Assembly (NCBI GenBank): GCA_965219575.1
Contig: OZ244779.1
Location: 1,260,769-1,324,768 of the forward strand
Length of the DNA stretch: 64,000 bases
Reading direction: 5' to 3'
Origin: Candidatus Oxydemutatoraceae bacterium
GTDB taxonomy: Bacteria; Pseudomonadota; Gammaproteobacteria; Poriferisulfidales; Oxydemutatoraceae
Shown here: positions 56,301 to 64,000 of the stretch, piece by piece
How the letters are laid out: each line of letters begins with the position of its first letter
Position numbering within the stretch: position 1 is the stretch's first letter
Program-made: the position numbers and the translations under genes
Notes under the pieces: model-generated
Seen by the model: the letters and a program-made list of their open reading frames with translations, nothing else
Told to the model about the DNA's origin: nothing
The model's database searches: none

Positions 56301-59300
56301 CGGAGTCTGGCAAATAAACCCCTTCAAGGCTATGTGGGGGGGTTAGTCGGCGACAATATAGGCTTGATTATCAATAGTCATGCACACGGTAGTGTGTCGG
56401 GAGAGAGACATTTTGTCGGTGCACTCGCAGGCCGGAATGATTTTAATGCGCGCATTATCAATAGCTATGCCGGTGGTGATGTCAGAGGTGGTTTCAGAAG
56501 TGACTCCATAGGGGGTTTAACCGGCGCGAATAGAGGGTCCATAACGAATAGCTATGCCTACGGCGAAGTCTCCGGAAACGGTAATGTAGCCGGCTTGGTC
56601 GGTGCTAATCAAATATTGAAGGCAGCGATTAGAAACAGTTATGCCGTCGTGAAAGTCCGGAGAAGCCGAGAAGGTTTAGTCACTTTCAATAACGGGGTTA
56701 TTAGAGAAAGCTATTGGAATCCCGAGATCAGTGGTTTACAAGATCGTACCGGAAATGGGCGGACTACGCGACAAATGCAATTACCCACTGCGGCAATCGG
56801 GATATACGAAGCGTGGGACGATGCCGATTGGGATTTCGGCAACAGCGCGCAGTATCCGATCCTCAAATATGCGTCGGGACCTCGCGGCGATGCGTGCGGT
56901 GTGTCGGGATTGCCGCAGTGCGGTGCGTTGATATCACCGCGCTTGCGCTACGGTTTACACAGTTTGACGACGGCGGACGGTGTTGCCTTAGCTCCCGAGT
57001 TTGATATAGCGGCACAAAACCAAAGCGGTATTTATATCGGCACTCTGAACAGTACCGATAACACGATACGGTTGATTCCGACAGCGATAGAACCAACTGC
57101 GCGTATCGGTTTCTACATCGGCGACGATAAGACCGTCTACGACCGCATCCGAAGCGGCGAGACGAGTAGAGCGATTTCTTTGAAAGCGGACTTTATAACC
57201 CGTATTCGCATTGAAGTACAGGGAACGGTAACGGTGGGCTATACGTTGTATATCGATTATCAAAGCATTGCCGACGATAGAGTCATATCGATTAACTATC
57301 TAGAGGACTTAAATGCGATACGAGATCGACCGACGGGCTCTTATAAGTTAACCAGGGATTTAGATTTTGAAGATAGTGGTAGTTATCTGGATCCGTTGAA
57401 TAGGAGTTTTTGGACGGTAGACGACTACAACGATGCCGGCGATGTCGGTTGGGTGCCTATAGGCAACGAGGCAAAGCCTTTCGGCGGTCGCTTCGACGGC
57501 AACGGCTATACGATATCCGGTTTGCAAATCAATAGAAACGATGCCGACAATCAAAGTTTATTCGGCGTTAGCGCAGCCGCTGCACTGATAAGCAATATCG
57601 GCTTGTTGAATGTAAAGATAGAAGGTGGAGCTAAAGTTGCCGGGCTGGTCGGCACGAACCGAGGGCAAGTCGGTTATAGCTATGTCGGTGGCAGTATTGA
57701 AGCTAAAAGTATCGAGGGTGTAGCCGGCGGTCTGGTTGCAGACAACGACGGCGGAGATGTTATCGGCAGTTATGCGCTAAGTCAAGTGTCGGGAGCTTCA
57801 TCGGTCGGTGGTTTAATCGGAGATAACAACGGCAAGGTTATCAATAGTCATGCCGATAGTATCGTGATGCCGGGTTCGGGCGGCGCGCGGTTCGGTGGTT
57901 TGGTCGGTCGTAATCGGAGTCTGATTGCCAATAGTTATGCGAGCGGTAAGATTTTGCGGGAGGGGAGTAGTTCTATTAAAGGGGGTCTGGTTGGTGAGAA
58001 TATTTCGAAAGCACGGATCATTAACGGTTATGCAGCGGTCGGTGTTGCCGGTGCTATAGCAGGCGGACTGGTTGGATATAACCTGGGTGCTATAAAAAAT
58101 AGTTATGCGATCGGCGAGCTAATCGATGGCAGCAACACAAGAGGCAGTTTAGTCGGGATCAACGATGGCGGCACAATTGCCGCAAGCTATTGGAATAGCG
58201 ATACGATTGCTGTCGGAAACAACTACGGTGTCGGGCAGACCATGGCACAGCTTCAATCGGCAACCCCTACGATGCCGAGTAGCATCTATAAAGATTGGGA
58301 TAGCGGCGATTGGGATTTCGGTACACCCGAACACTATCCGATACTTAAATACACCACTGCAACCGAAAGTATTTTTGAATGTGGTTTATCGGGAATGCCG
58401 CAATGCGGCGATTTGATATCGCCGGGTTTGCGCTACGGCTTGCGTAGCTTAACATCGGCGAACGATGCGACATTGTCTCCACCCATCGATATTGAAAGGC
58501 TCAACCAAAGCGGTATTTATTTAGGCACGGTGATCGCAGAACATCCGAGTGTGCGCTTGACTCCGGTGGCAATGGAATCAACTGCGGGCATCAATGTTAT
58601 AGGAGATAAACATGAAACCCTAGACAGCCACGATACGAGTTTGCCGATTTCGTTGAAAAATGACGAAGTAAAGAAAGTGATTATTGAAGTAAAAGGCACG
58701 CGGAAGGTCGGATACACGCTTTATTTGAGCTACGCGAGCCATAGGGTCATAGACGAAGACGGCGACGGTCTCGTTGACATCGATTATTTGGAAGATTTGG
58801 ATGCGATCCGCTATCAGTTGGACGGTAGCGGCTATAGAGCGAATGTCGGGTCGGCCAAGATTAGCTCGGGCTGTCCGAGCGAGGGATGTCGCGGTTATGA
58901 ATTGCTAAGAGATTTGGATTTTAACGATGCCGACAGTTATCGCAACGCCGCTGCGAACATGCGTCGTTGGACGGGTGTAGGTGCTTGGCAACCTATAGCA
59001 GGAACCTTTACCGGTATATTCAAAGGCAATAATAAAACGATTGCCAATTTAAGCGTGAGATCAAACGGCGGTCTTTTTACCAAGCTAGGTAGCGATAGTC
59101 GTGTTGCCTATATAGACGGTATCGGATTGTCGGCTGTGGATATTAAGGGGGATGCCGTTGCCGGCATCGCTACATCGTGTCGGTGGTGTACGATAAGCAA
59201 TAGTTATGTTATAGGAGATATACAAGGCACCGTCGCTGCCGCCGGTTTGGTCGGTATTATCGGTGCAACGAGTAGTGGGCGTGCACGAATTAACAACAGT

Positions 59301-62300
59301 TATTTCGTCGGTAATATTGCCGTGGACGGTCGATCGGCGGTTGCCGGCGGTTTGGTCGGCGATGTAGATTCGGATCTAATCATCACCGACAGTTATGTGG
59401 TCGGCAGGATTACGGCAGAACACGATGGCGGATTTATAGGCGGTTTGGTCGGGGTACGTTCATCGTCGGTTCTTGAAATCGGCAACAGCTATGCGAGTGT
59501 TCTGGCAACCAGAGCCGGTATGCCGCAAGGTTTATTCGGCGGCAATAGAGATCCGCAAGATCGGTTTGCACCGGTTTCCCACGCAATTTATGAAGACGAA
59601 GACATCGCCGCAACCGATGTGACTTTGGGAGAGAGTAAGCGTACCGCCGAACTTCAATCACCGACGAGTGCAACCGGCATCTATATAAGCTGGGATAGCG
59701 ATAGCTGGGATTTCGGCACCGCTAAGCACTATCCGGCGATTAAGTATAATTTGCAGGCGCACGCTACCGATGGTGATGCACATTGTGATACGGCGGATAT
59801 TCAAAAACGTCCCGATGCATGTCGCACCTTACTTCGTCATCAAGGGAGTCTATTGCGAGACTTAGAATTATCCGAAGGCGCAGGTTTGTCCAGCCCTTTT
59901 ACATTTACATCGTTTGATTACGGTATATCGGTCAATGCCGATCGGAGTACCATTCGTATGTTGCCGACCGCATTTAACGGAGTAGCGACGGTGGAGGTTT
60001 TTAAGGATGGTGATCCGATAGGAGCAAGCGATAGCGGCGAATGGACGGTGCCGATACCGTTGAACGACATCGGCGATACGGTTGTCGGTTTGGTCGTAAA
60101 AGAAGGCAAACGACATTCTTACCGATATCAATTCATTGTCAATCGTATCGATACCGTAGTTCAAAACATAGATGAGGACGGTGATGGACTAATAGAGATT
60201 AACGATGCGACACATTTGAATGCCGTCCGTCACCGCTTGGACGGTAGTGCTTATCAAGAACGAGAAACTGCCGATGCGGTCTATTGTATCGGCGGTTGTA
60301 CGGGATACGAACTGACTGCCGATATAGACCTTGCCGGGATTTCTTGGTGGCCTATAGGTAATCTGAGTGAACCTTTTACCGGTGTATTCAACGGCAACGG
60401 CCATAAAATTTCCAATTTGACTATAAAGGCAAACAATATTAACAATATCGGTTTATTCGGAGCAATCGGAGATAACGGCAGGGTTGAGAATATCGCTCTA
60501 GTGAATGTGGATATCGCCGGACGAAACACTATCGGTAGCATCGCCGGCTACAACTTCGGCACGATTATCAATAGCTATGCAGAGGGTAAGCTCTCGGCTA
60601 TGTCCGAGTATGGTGGTGGTTTGGTCGGTAGAAACAGACGCGGCACGATCGTCAATAGCTATGCGAATGTCGACGTACGAGTGCATAGTGATCATGCCGG
60701 CGGTTTGGTCGGTTGGAATGAAATAGGGAGTTCTATCGTTAATAGTTATGCGGTCGGTGATGTGCAGGCAAGTAATGGCGGTGCAGGTGGTTTGGTCGGT
60801 AATAATCATTCAAGAATTCACACGAGCTATGCAATCGGTGATGTACGGGCAAGTAATGGCAGCGCAGGAGGGTTAGTGGCAGCATACATAGCCGAGCATA
60901 AAATTACCGATAGTTATCATAGAGAAGGCGGAGTGAGCTCCGCAACCGTCTCATTTACCGAAACTACAAAAACTGCGACGGCACTCAAGATCGGTATGCC
61001 GTCGAATGATATCTACAGCGGATGGAATAGAGGCGATTGGCACTTCGGTAATGCAGAGCAATATCCGGCGTTGCTTTATGCGCCGGGCGACGGCGAAAAT
61101 AAGGCATGTAGGCAGCCGTCTTCGGAGCAATTATCCGATTGCGACGGCAGGTTGTTCGCAAACTTGTCGGAGCATGACAAAACGGTTATATGTCGTAGCC
61201 TGATGTCGAGATTGCCGCAAGAGACACCGTATTGTGGTGCTTTGCTACCCGAACAACGCGCCGGGTTGGTTCAAATGGAGTTCTCAAAAAATGCATACTT
61301 GATTCCGGCATTTAATCCCGAGGTATACGACTATAATCTAATCGTCAATCAGGGCAACGAGATTCGTACCACACCGACCGCTTATTACGGCACCGATACG
61401 ATTACCGTAGACGCAGATGGCTTGAGTTCACCGAGTGGTAGCGGGCAAAGTTCGTCGTTCACTCTAAACGACGGTTTAGACAGCATTGTAATTACGGTGC
61501 GTGCTGCGAATCATAATGTAGCGACGCGCTATACGATTAGGGTACTGAACGATATTGCGATAGTAGGAGGTTTGATATCGATTGATTATCTGGAAGATTT
61601 GGATTTGATGCGTTATTCTTTGGCACAGGTATCGGCCACCTTGGACGGTTGCCCTATAGATACCGAAGATAACATGAGGCGATGCAGGGGTTACAGGCTG
61701 AACAGAGACTTAGACTTTAAGGATCCTATGAGCTATCGTGCAGGTAGGATCAACTCGATGTGGACGACCGGTGCCGGGTGGCAACCGATAGGAAACCGTA
61801 GCAACCCTTTCGGATATTCGTTTAACGGTAATGCACATACGATATCGAATTTGAGGATACACGGTATCTCTGCCGATGATATCGGTTTATTCGGTGTTTC
61901 GGCGGACGGCGCGAGAATTGAGAACATCGGCTTAGTCGCTGCGGATATTAATGTTAACGGTCAATCTAATATCGGCACTTTGGTAGGCGAGAATCGCGGT
62001 GAGATCGTCAATAGCTATGTGATAGGCGGTGCTGTCCGTGGCGGTTCTCGTGTAGGTGGATTGACCGGTAGGAATTCGGGTGAGATCGTTAATAGCTATA
62101 CGGATATTGCAGTCACCGGAATTAATTTTGTCGGTGGTTTAGCCGGCAGTAGCCGATCGGGTTCAAGAATCTACAATAGTTATACGAATGGTACGGTTAG
62201 CGGAAACGAATTCGTAGGGGGTTTAGTCGGCTCATCACAAGCGAGTATCTTGAATAGTTATGCAAACGCTGCGGTTATCGGCAGTCGGTCCGTGGGAGGG

Positions 62301-64000
62301 TTAGTCGGCAGAGCAGGTAATAGAATTATCAACAGCTATGCAATCGGAAAAATATCGGGTCGTAGTGGGGGATTAATAGGTAGTGCTTTGAGCAATTTTT
62401 TCTTTATTCAGAGTTATTGGGATGTTGCTACGAGTACGGTGGGAGATGACAATAATAATCTCAACGGTGTCGGCAAGACGACATCGGAGCTCCAAACAGC
62501 TGCGATCGGAGATGGAATCTATCGCAACTGGGATAGTGAAAATTGGTATTCCGAGGCCGGTCAATATCCGGCATTGAGATATACCGGTGCTATCGATATA
62601 ATCACTCGCTCGGCGTGCCGAGTATCCGAAAATATACATGCCGAGACACCGATATGTGGGACCTTGTTGCCGGCGCAACGCCGCACCGGTTTAAGCAATT
62701 TAGCACTTTCAAGTGATGTAGGCCGGATTTTGCTATTAAAACCCGATTTTCATTTCGGAATATACGATTACAATTTGATATTAAAAAGTGATGCGCGTCA
62801 ATTTAGTATTATTCCGCATACGTTTAACCCGAATGCGGTGATCGTAATAAACGACGATAAAGAATTACGAAGTGGTCAAATCACTACGCTTACTATAGAT
62901 AATAGCGATAATTTTTTGTTGACGCTGACAGTCCGAGATACTCTAATTTTTGCAACTACGAGAACGACGAGTTATCGGCTTAGGGTGAGCAAGCATCCAC
63001 TTATTACCGTCAACGATATAGACGATGACGACGACGGTTTAATAGAGATTCGCAATATAGACGATTTGAATGTAATGCGTTATCAATTAGACGGTAGCGG
63101 TTATAGAGCGAGCGAAGACAACATTAAAATCATCGAGGGCTGTCCGAACGATATATGTTCGGGTTATGAATTAACACGAGACTTGGACTTCCGCAACGCA
63201 GCAAGCTACTACTCGGGGGTGGTGAATACCGAATGGGCGGAGAGTTGGCAATCTATAGGAGATCGAGATAATCCGTTCGCCGGTGTGTTCAACGGCAACG
63301 ATCATACTATTTCAAATCTACGCATCGATAAGACCGACACCGATCATGTCGGCTTATTTGCGGCATTATCCGACGGTGCGCAAGTCGGAAATGTTAATTT
63401 GGCGGATGTAGATATTGCCGGTCGTTTCGGTGTCGGGAGTCTAGCTGCCTATAATGCCGGGGTCATAGACAACAGTTCTGCCGACGGCACGGTGGCGGGA
63501 GAACATGACGTCGGCGGTTTGGTGGCCTATAATGTCGGTCGTGTTTCTAATAGTTATGCCTACGGTGTGGTGTCGGGGAGATCTTCGGTCGGCGGTTTGG
63601 TGGCTCGAAACGAAAGCACCGGGGTGATTGCAAGCAGCTATAGCTTGAACCGTGTATCGGGCAATGATAGTATCGGTGGTTTAGTCGGTTTGAACCTCGG
63701 TTCTATCGCAAACACTTATGCAAGCGGCGGTGTCGAGGGAAACACGCGCATCGGTGGTTTGGTCGGTGACAACGGGGGTTCGGTCGGCAACAGTTATGCG
63801 ACGGCGGCTATAATATGCACGGGCGTGCCTGCGTGTGCTTCGTATACGGTCGCCACGGGCGGGCTAATCGGTAACAATGCCGATGGTGGTAATGCCGTAA
63901 ATAGCTATTGGGATACCGGTGTGAGCAACATGCGAATATCCGCCGGTGGTGTCGGTAAGACCACCCTGCAACTACGATCGGGCAACAGCCAATCGTCGGA
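53394..64000 (+). CDS. Giant secreted GLUG-repeat / cadherin-like protein, paralog 4 (3'-partial, modules 1-7; missing from the ORF track)
   Basis: ATG 53394 after GGGGGAGCGTAGT gives MGGSARFLLLLITVLWVSVSAQDVFECNYATDVDQDEDGL. Spot checks at 56031, 63246 and 63903 are in the same frame and colinear with paralogs 2 and 3. Absence from the track fits having no stop before the window end. Confidence 0.85.
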   Translation, partial: MGGSARFLLLLITVLWVSVSAQDVFECNYATDVDQDEDGLIELCDLDALDAVRYQLDGSGYRESFDAVKITAGCPRSGCNGYELRRDLDFNSDDSYRDLANKAAWTSGSGWLPIGDRLDFFTARFEGNGHTIANLYINRLSDYVGLFRATAKPAKISDLVLSQINITGNSYIGGLAGHNAGSVAYVGVEGGRLIATGNTVGGLFGANAGTILNGDVILEHLESRGHSLGGLVGYNEGHIRHSVADTGLFGVSQVGGLVGLNARGVLTDSRSDGTANGSDYIGGLVGLNRARISASYAIGKVISDGSYSGGLVGANDRGGRIADSRASGAVSGNLYAGGLVGWNKDSEITNSFAVNRVDGNSDVGGLVGWNEDSRISNTYATGSITGVDRVGGLVGSNKGIVSDSFANGQVVASGMHAGGLIGWNYAYQTRDAVAVRVTHSYWNSKTVGISLSAGGSPRTTEQLKSSTAPGLLGETFERWDVADWDFGTGEQYPILRYSEGFNEGHLLPGQHIVLSGLLVLDGLTLSPAFDPQTFNYRVHLSDDSLRQIRFSLTIANSTQTISVLKDERVGLPSVHNGETVTVNLNGVPEPTLVTIARHYRVWIVHHTRLRAVIGSNRSDYRLSEGQDIRFDVSTSEPDLRRLRYRWSQVSPPQPDLLKDSDTGLAELNINIPDDFVARGADETSAVLQVEVRAGRTTVVRNTTMTVVKKNNGSISVLAAPIYRQGTLTTADIGEADLSMESDGGVHPNSFSYQWQYKLPFDSGLWRDIEDAIQMRYEIPTVLSAINNIGYRVSLDYRDNQGYRHRIVSEPISVMKSLVDDGFTNIYHLEDLNAIRNRLNGKYKLMRDLDFNSDASYRDPINKAKWTVADYENDADTGWLPIGKSVNAYCKNSGSSCFTGTFEGNGYTIFNLQINRDTADYQGLFGAVGPAATIRNIGLPNVKIEGNQYIGGLVGVSEGTIVAGYAIGEFRSLANKPLQGYVGGLVGDNIGLIINSHAHGSVSGERHFVGALAGRNDFNARIINSYAGGDVRGGFRSDSIGGLTGANRGSITNSYAYGEVSGNGNVAGLVGANQILKAAIRNSYAVVKVRRSREGLVTFNNGVIRESYWNPEISGLQDRTGNGRTTRQMQLPTAAIGIYEAWDDADWDFGNSAQYPILKYASGPRGDACGVSGLPQCGALISPRLRYGLHSLTTADGVALAPEFDIAAQNQSGIYIGTLNSTDNTIRLIPTAIEPTARIGFYIGDDKTVYDRIRSGETSRAISLKADFITRIRIEVQGTVTVGYTLYIDYQSIADDRVISINYLEDLNAIRDRPTGSYKLTRDLDFEDSGSYLDPLNRSFWTVDDYNDAGDVGWVPIGNEAKPFGGRFDGNGYTISGLQINRNDADNQSLFGVSAAAALISNIGLLNVKIEGGAKVAGLVGTNRGQVGYSYVGGSIEAKSIEGVAGGLVADNDGGDVIGSYALSQVSGASSVGGLIGDNNGKVINSHADSIVMPGSGGARFGGLVGRNRSLIANSYASGKILREGSSSIKGGLVGENISKARIINGYAAVGVAGAIAGGLVGYNLGAIKNSYAIGELIDGSNTRGSLVGINDGGTIAASYWNSDTIAVGNNYGVGQTMAQLQSATPTMPSSIYKDWDSGDWDFGTPEHYPILKYTTATESIFECGLSGMPQCGDLISPGLRYGLRSLTSANDATLSPPIDIERLNQSGIYLGTVIAEHPSVRLTPVAMESTAGINVIGDKHETLDSHDTSLPISLKNDEVKKVIIEVKGTRKVGYTLYLSYASHRVIDEDGDGLVDIDYLEDLDAIRYQLDGSGYRANVGSAKISSGCPSEGCRGYELLRDLDFNDADSYRNAAANMRRWTGVGAWQPIAGTFTGIFKGNNKTIANLSVRSNGGLFTKLGSDSRVAYIDGIGLSAVDIKGDAVAGIATSCRWCTISNSYVIGDIQGTVAAAGLVGIIGATSSGRARINNSYFVGNIAVDGRSAVAGGLVGDVDSDLIITDSYVVGRITAEHDGGFIGGLVGVRSSSVLEIGNSYASVLATRAGMPQGLFGGNRDPQDRFAPVSHAIYEDEDIAATDVTLGESKRTAELQSPTSATGIYISWDSDSWDFGTAKHYPAIKYNLQAHATDGDAHCDTADIQKRPDACRTLLRHQGSLLRDLELSEGAGLSSPFTFTSFDYGISVNADRSTIRMLPTAFNGVATVEVFKDGDPIGASDSGEWTVPIPLNDIGDTVVGLVVKEGKRHSYRYQFIVNRIDTVVQNIDEDGDGLIEINDATHLNAVRHRLDGSAYQERETADAVYCIGGCTGYELTADIDLAGISWWPIGNLSEPFTGVFNGNGHKISNLTIKANNINNIGLFGAIGDNGRVENIALVNVDIAGRNTIGSIAGYNFGTIINSYAEGKLSAMSEYGGGLVGRNRRGTIVNSYANVDVRVHSDHAGGLVGWNEIGSSIVNSYAVGDVQASNGGAGGLVGNNHSRIHTSYAIGDVRASNGSAGGLVAAYIAEHKITDSYHREGGVSSATVSFTETTKTATALKIGMPSNDIYSGWNRGDWHFGNAEQYPALLYAPGDGENKACRQPSSEQLSDCDGRLFANLSEHDKTVICRSLMSRLPQETPYCGALLPEQRAGLVQMEFSKNAYLIPAFNPEVYDYNLIVNQGNEIRTTPTAYYGTDTITVDADGLSSPSGSGQSSSFTLNDGLDSIVITVRAANHNVATRYTIRVLNDIAIVGGLISIDYLEDLDLMRYSLAQVSATLDGCPIDTEDNMRRCRGYRLNRDLDFKDPMSYRAGRINSMWTTGAGWQPIGNRSNPFGYSFNGNAHTISNLRIHGISADDIGLFGVSADGARIENIGLVAADINVNGQSNIGTLVGENRGEIVNSYVIGGAVRGGSRVGGLTGRNSGEIVNSYTDIAVTGINFVGGLAGSSRSGSRIYNSYTNGTVSGNEFVGGLVGSSQASILNSYANAAVIGSRSVGGLVGRAGNRIINSYAIGKISGRSGGLIGSALSNFFFIQSYWDVATSTVGDDNNNLNGVGKTTSELQTAAIGDGIYRNWDSENWYSEAGQYPALRYTGAIDIITRSACRVSENIHAETPICGTLLPAQRRTGLSNLALSSDVGRILLLKPDFHFGIYDYNLILKSDARQFSIIPHTFNPNAVIVINDDKELRSGQITTLTIDNSDNFLLTLTVRDTLIFATTRTTSYRLRVSKHPLITVNDIDDDDDGLIEIRNIDDLNVMRYQLDGSGYRASEDNIKIIEGCPNDICSGYELTRDLDFRNAASYYSGVVNTEWAESWQSIGDRDNPFAGVFNGNDHTISNLRIDKTDTDHVGLFAALSDGAQVGNVNLADVDIAGRFGVGSLAAYNAGVIDNSSADGTVAGEHDVGGLVAYNVGRVSNSYAYGVVSGRSSVGGLVARNESTGVIASSYSLNRVSGNDSIGGLVGLNLGSIANTYASGGVEGNTRIGGLVGDNGGSVGNSYATAAIICTGVPACASYTVATGGLIGNNADGGNAVNSYWDTGVSNMRISAGGVGKTTLQLRSGNSQSS

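Noticed and set aside
92-62678. Numerous short ORFs overlapping the giant genes, mostly antisense
   Set aside because: Shadow frames of repetitive coding sequence; they recur at equivalent positions in each paralog and have no independent motifs.
1-64000. Diversity-generating retroelement behind the variable segments
   Set aside because: No reverse transcriptase in the window and no template/variable pair differing only at adenines was seen.

Overview
About 52 kb of this bacterial window is a head-to-tail array of four paralogous giant secreted proteins on the + strand: 1-6750 (partial), 6942-24218, 26569-44319 and 53394 to the window end (partial). The two complete ones have ten modules each: acidic DxDxDG loop, Cys pairs, GLUG-type beta-helix and cadherin-like/Ig-like sandwich. 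The three C-termini in view all end in IH[IV]RV[FL]PEGLLR. A fifth secreted multidomain protein (propeller-like repeats, 2x FN3, 7 LRRs) lies at 47575-52833. The spacers hold nested mobile DNA: an IS1202/ISNCY-type IS, four copies of a REP-carrying MITE with GGGGCTGTTGAAAAA ends, a frameshifted Rpn-family nuclease and a complete IS110 element. The strongest signal is the IS110. It sits exactly in a REP hairpin with a 2-nt core (CA), its circle junction rebuilds a sigma70 promoter (TTGATT-N17-TATATT), and its upstream non-coding end folds into a readable bridge RNA whose four guides match the REP target and the element's own donor junction. The content suggests a host-associated (possibly sponge-symbiont) Gram-negative bacterium, but this is inference only. 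All alignments were done by eye.
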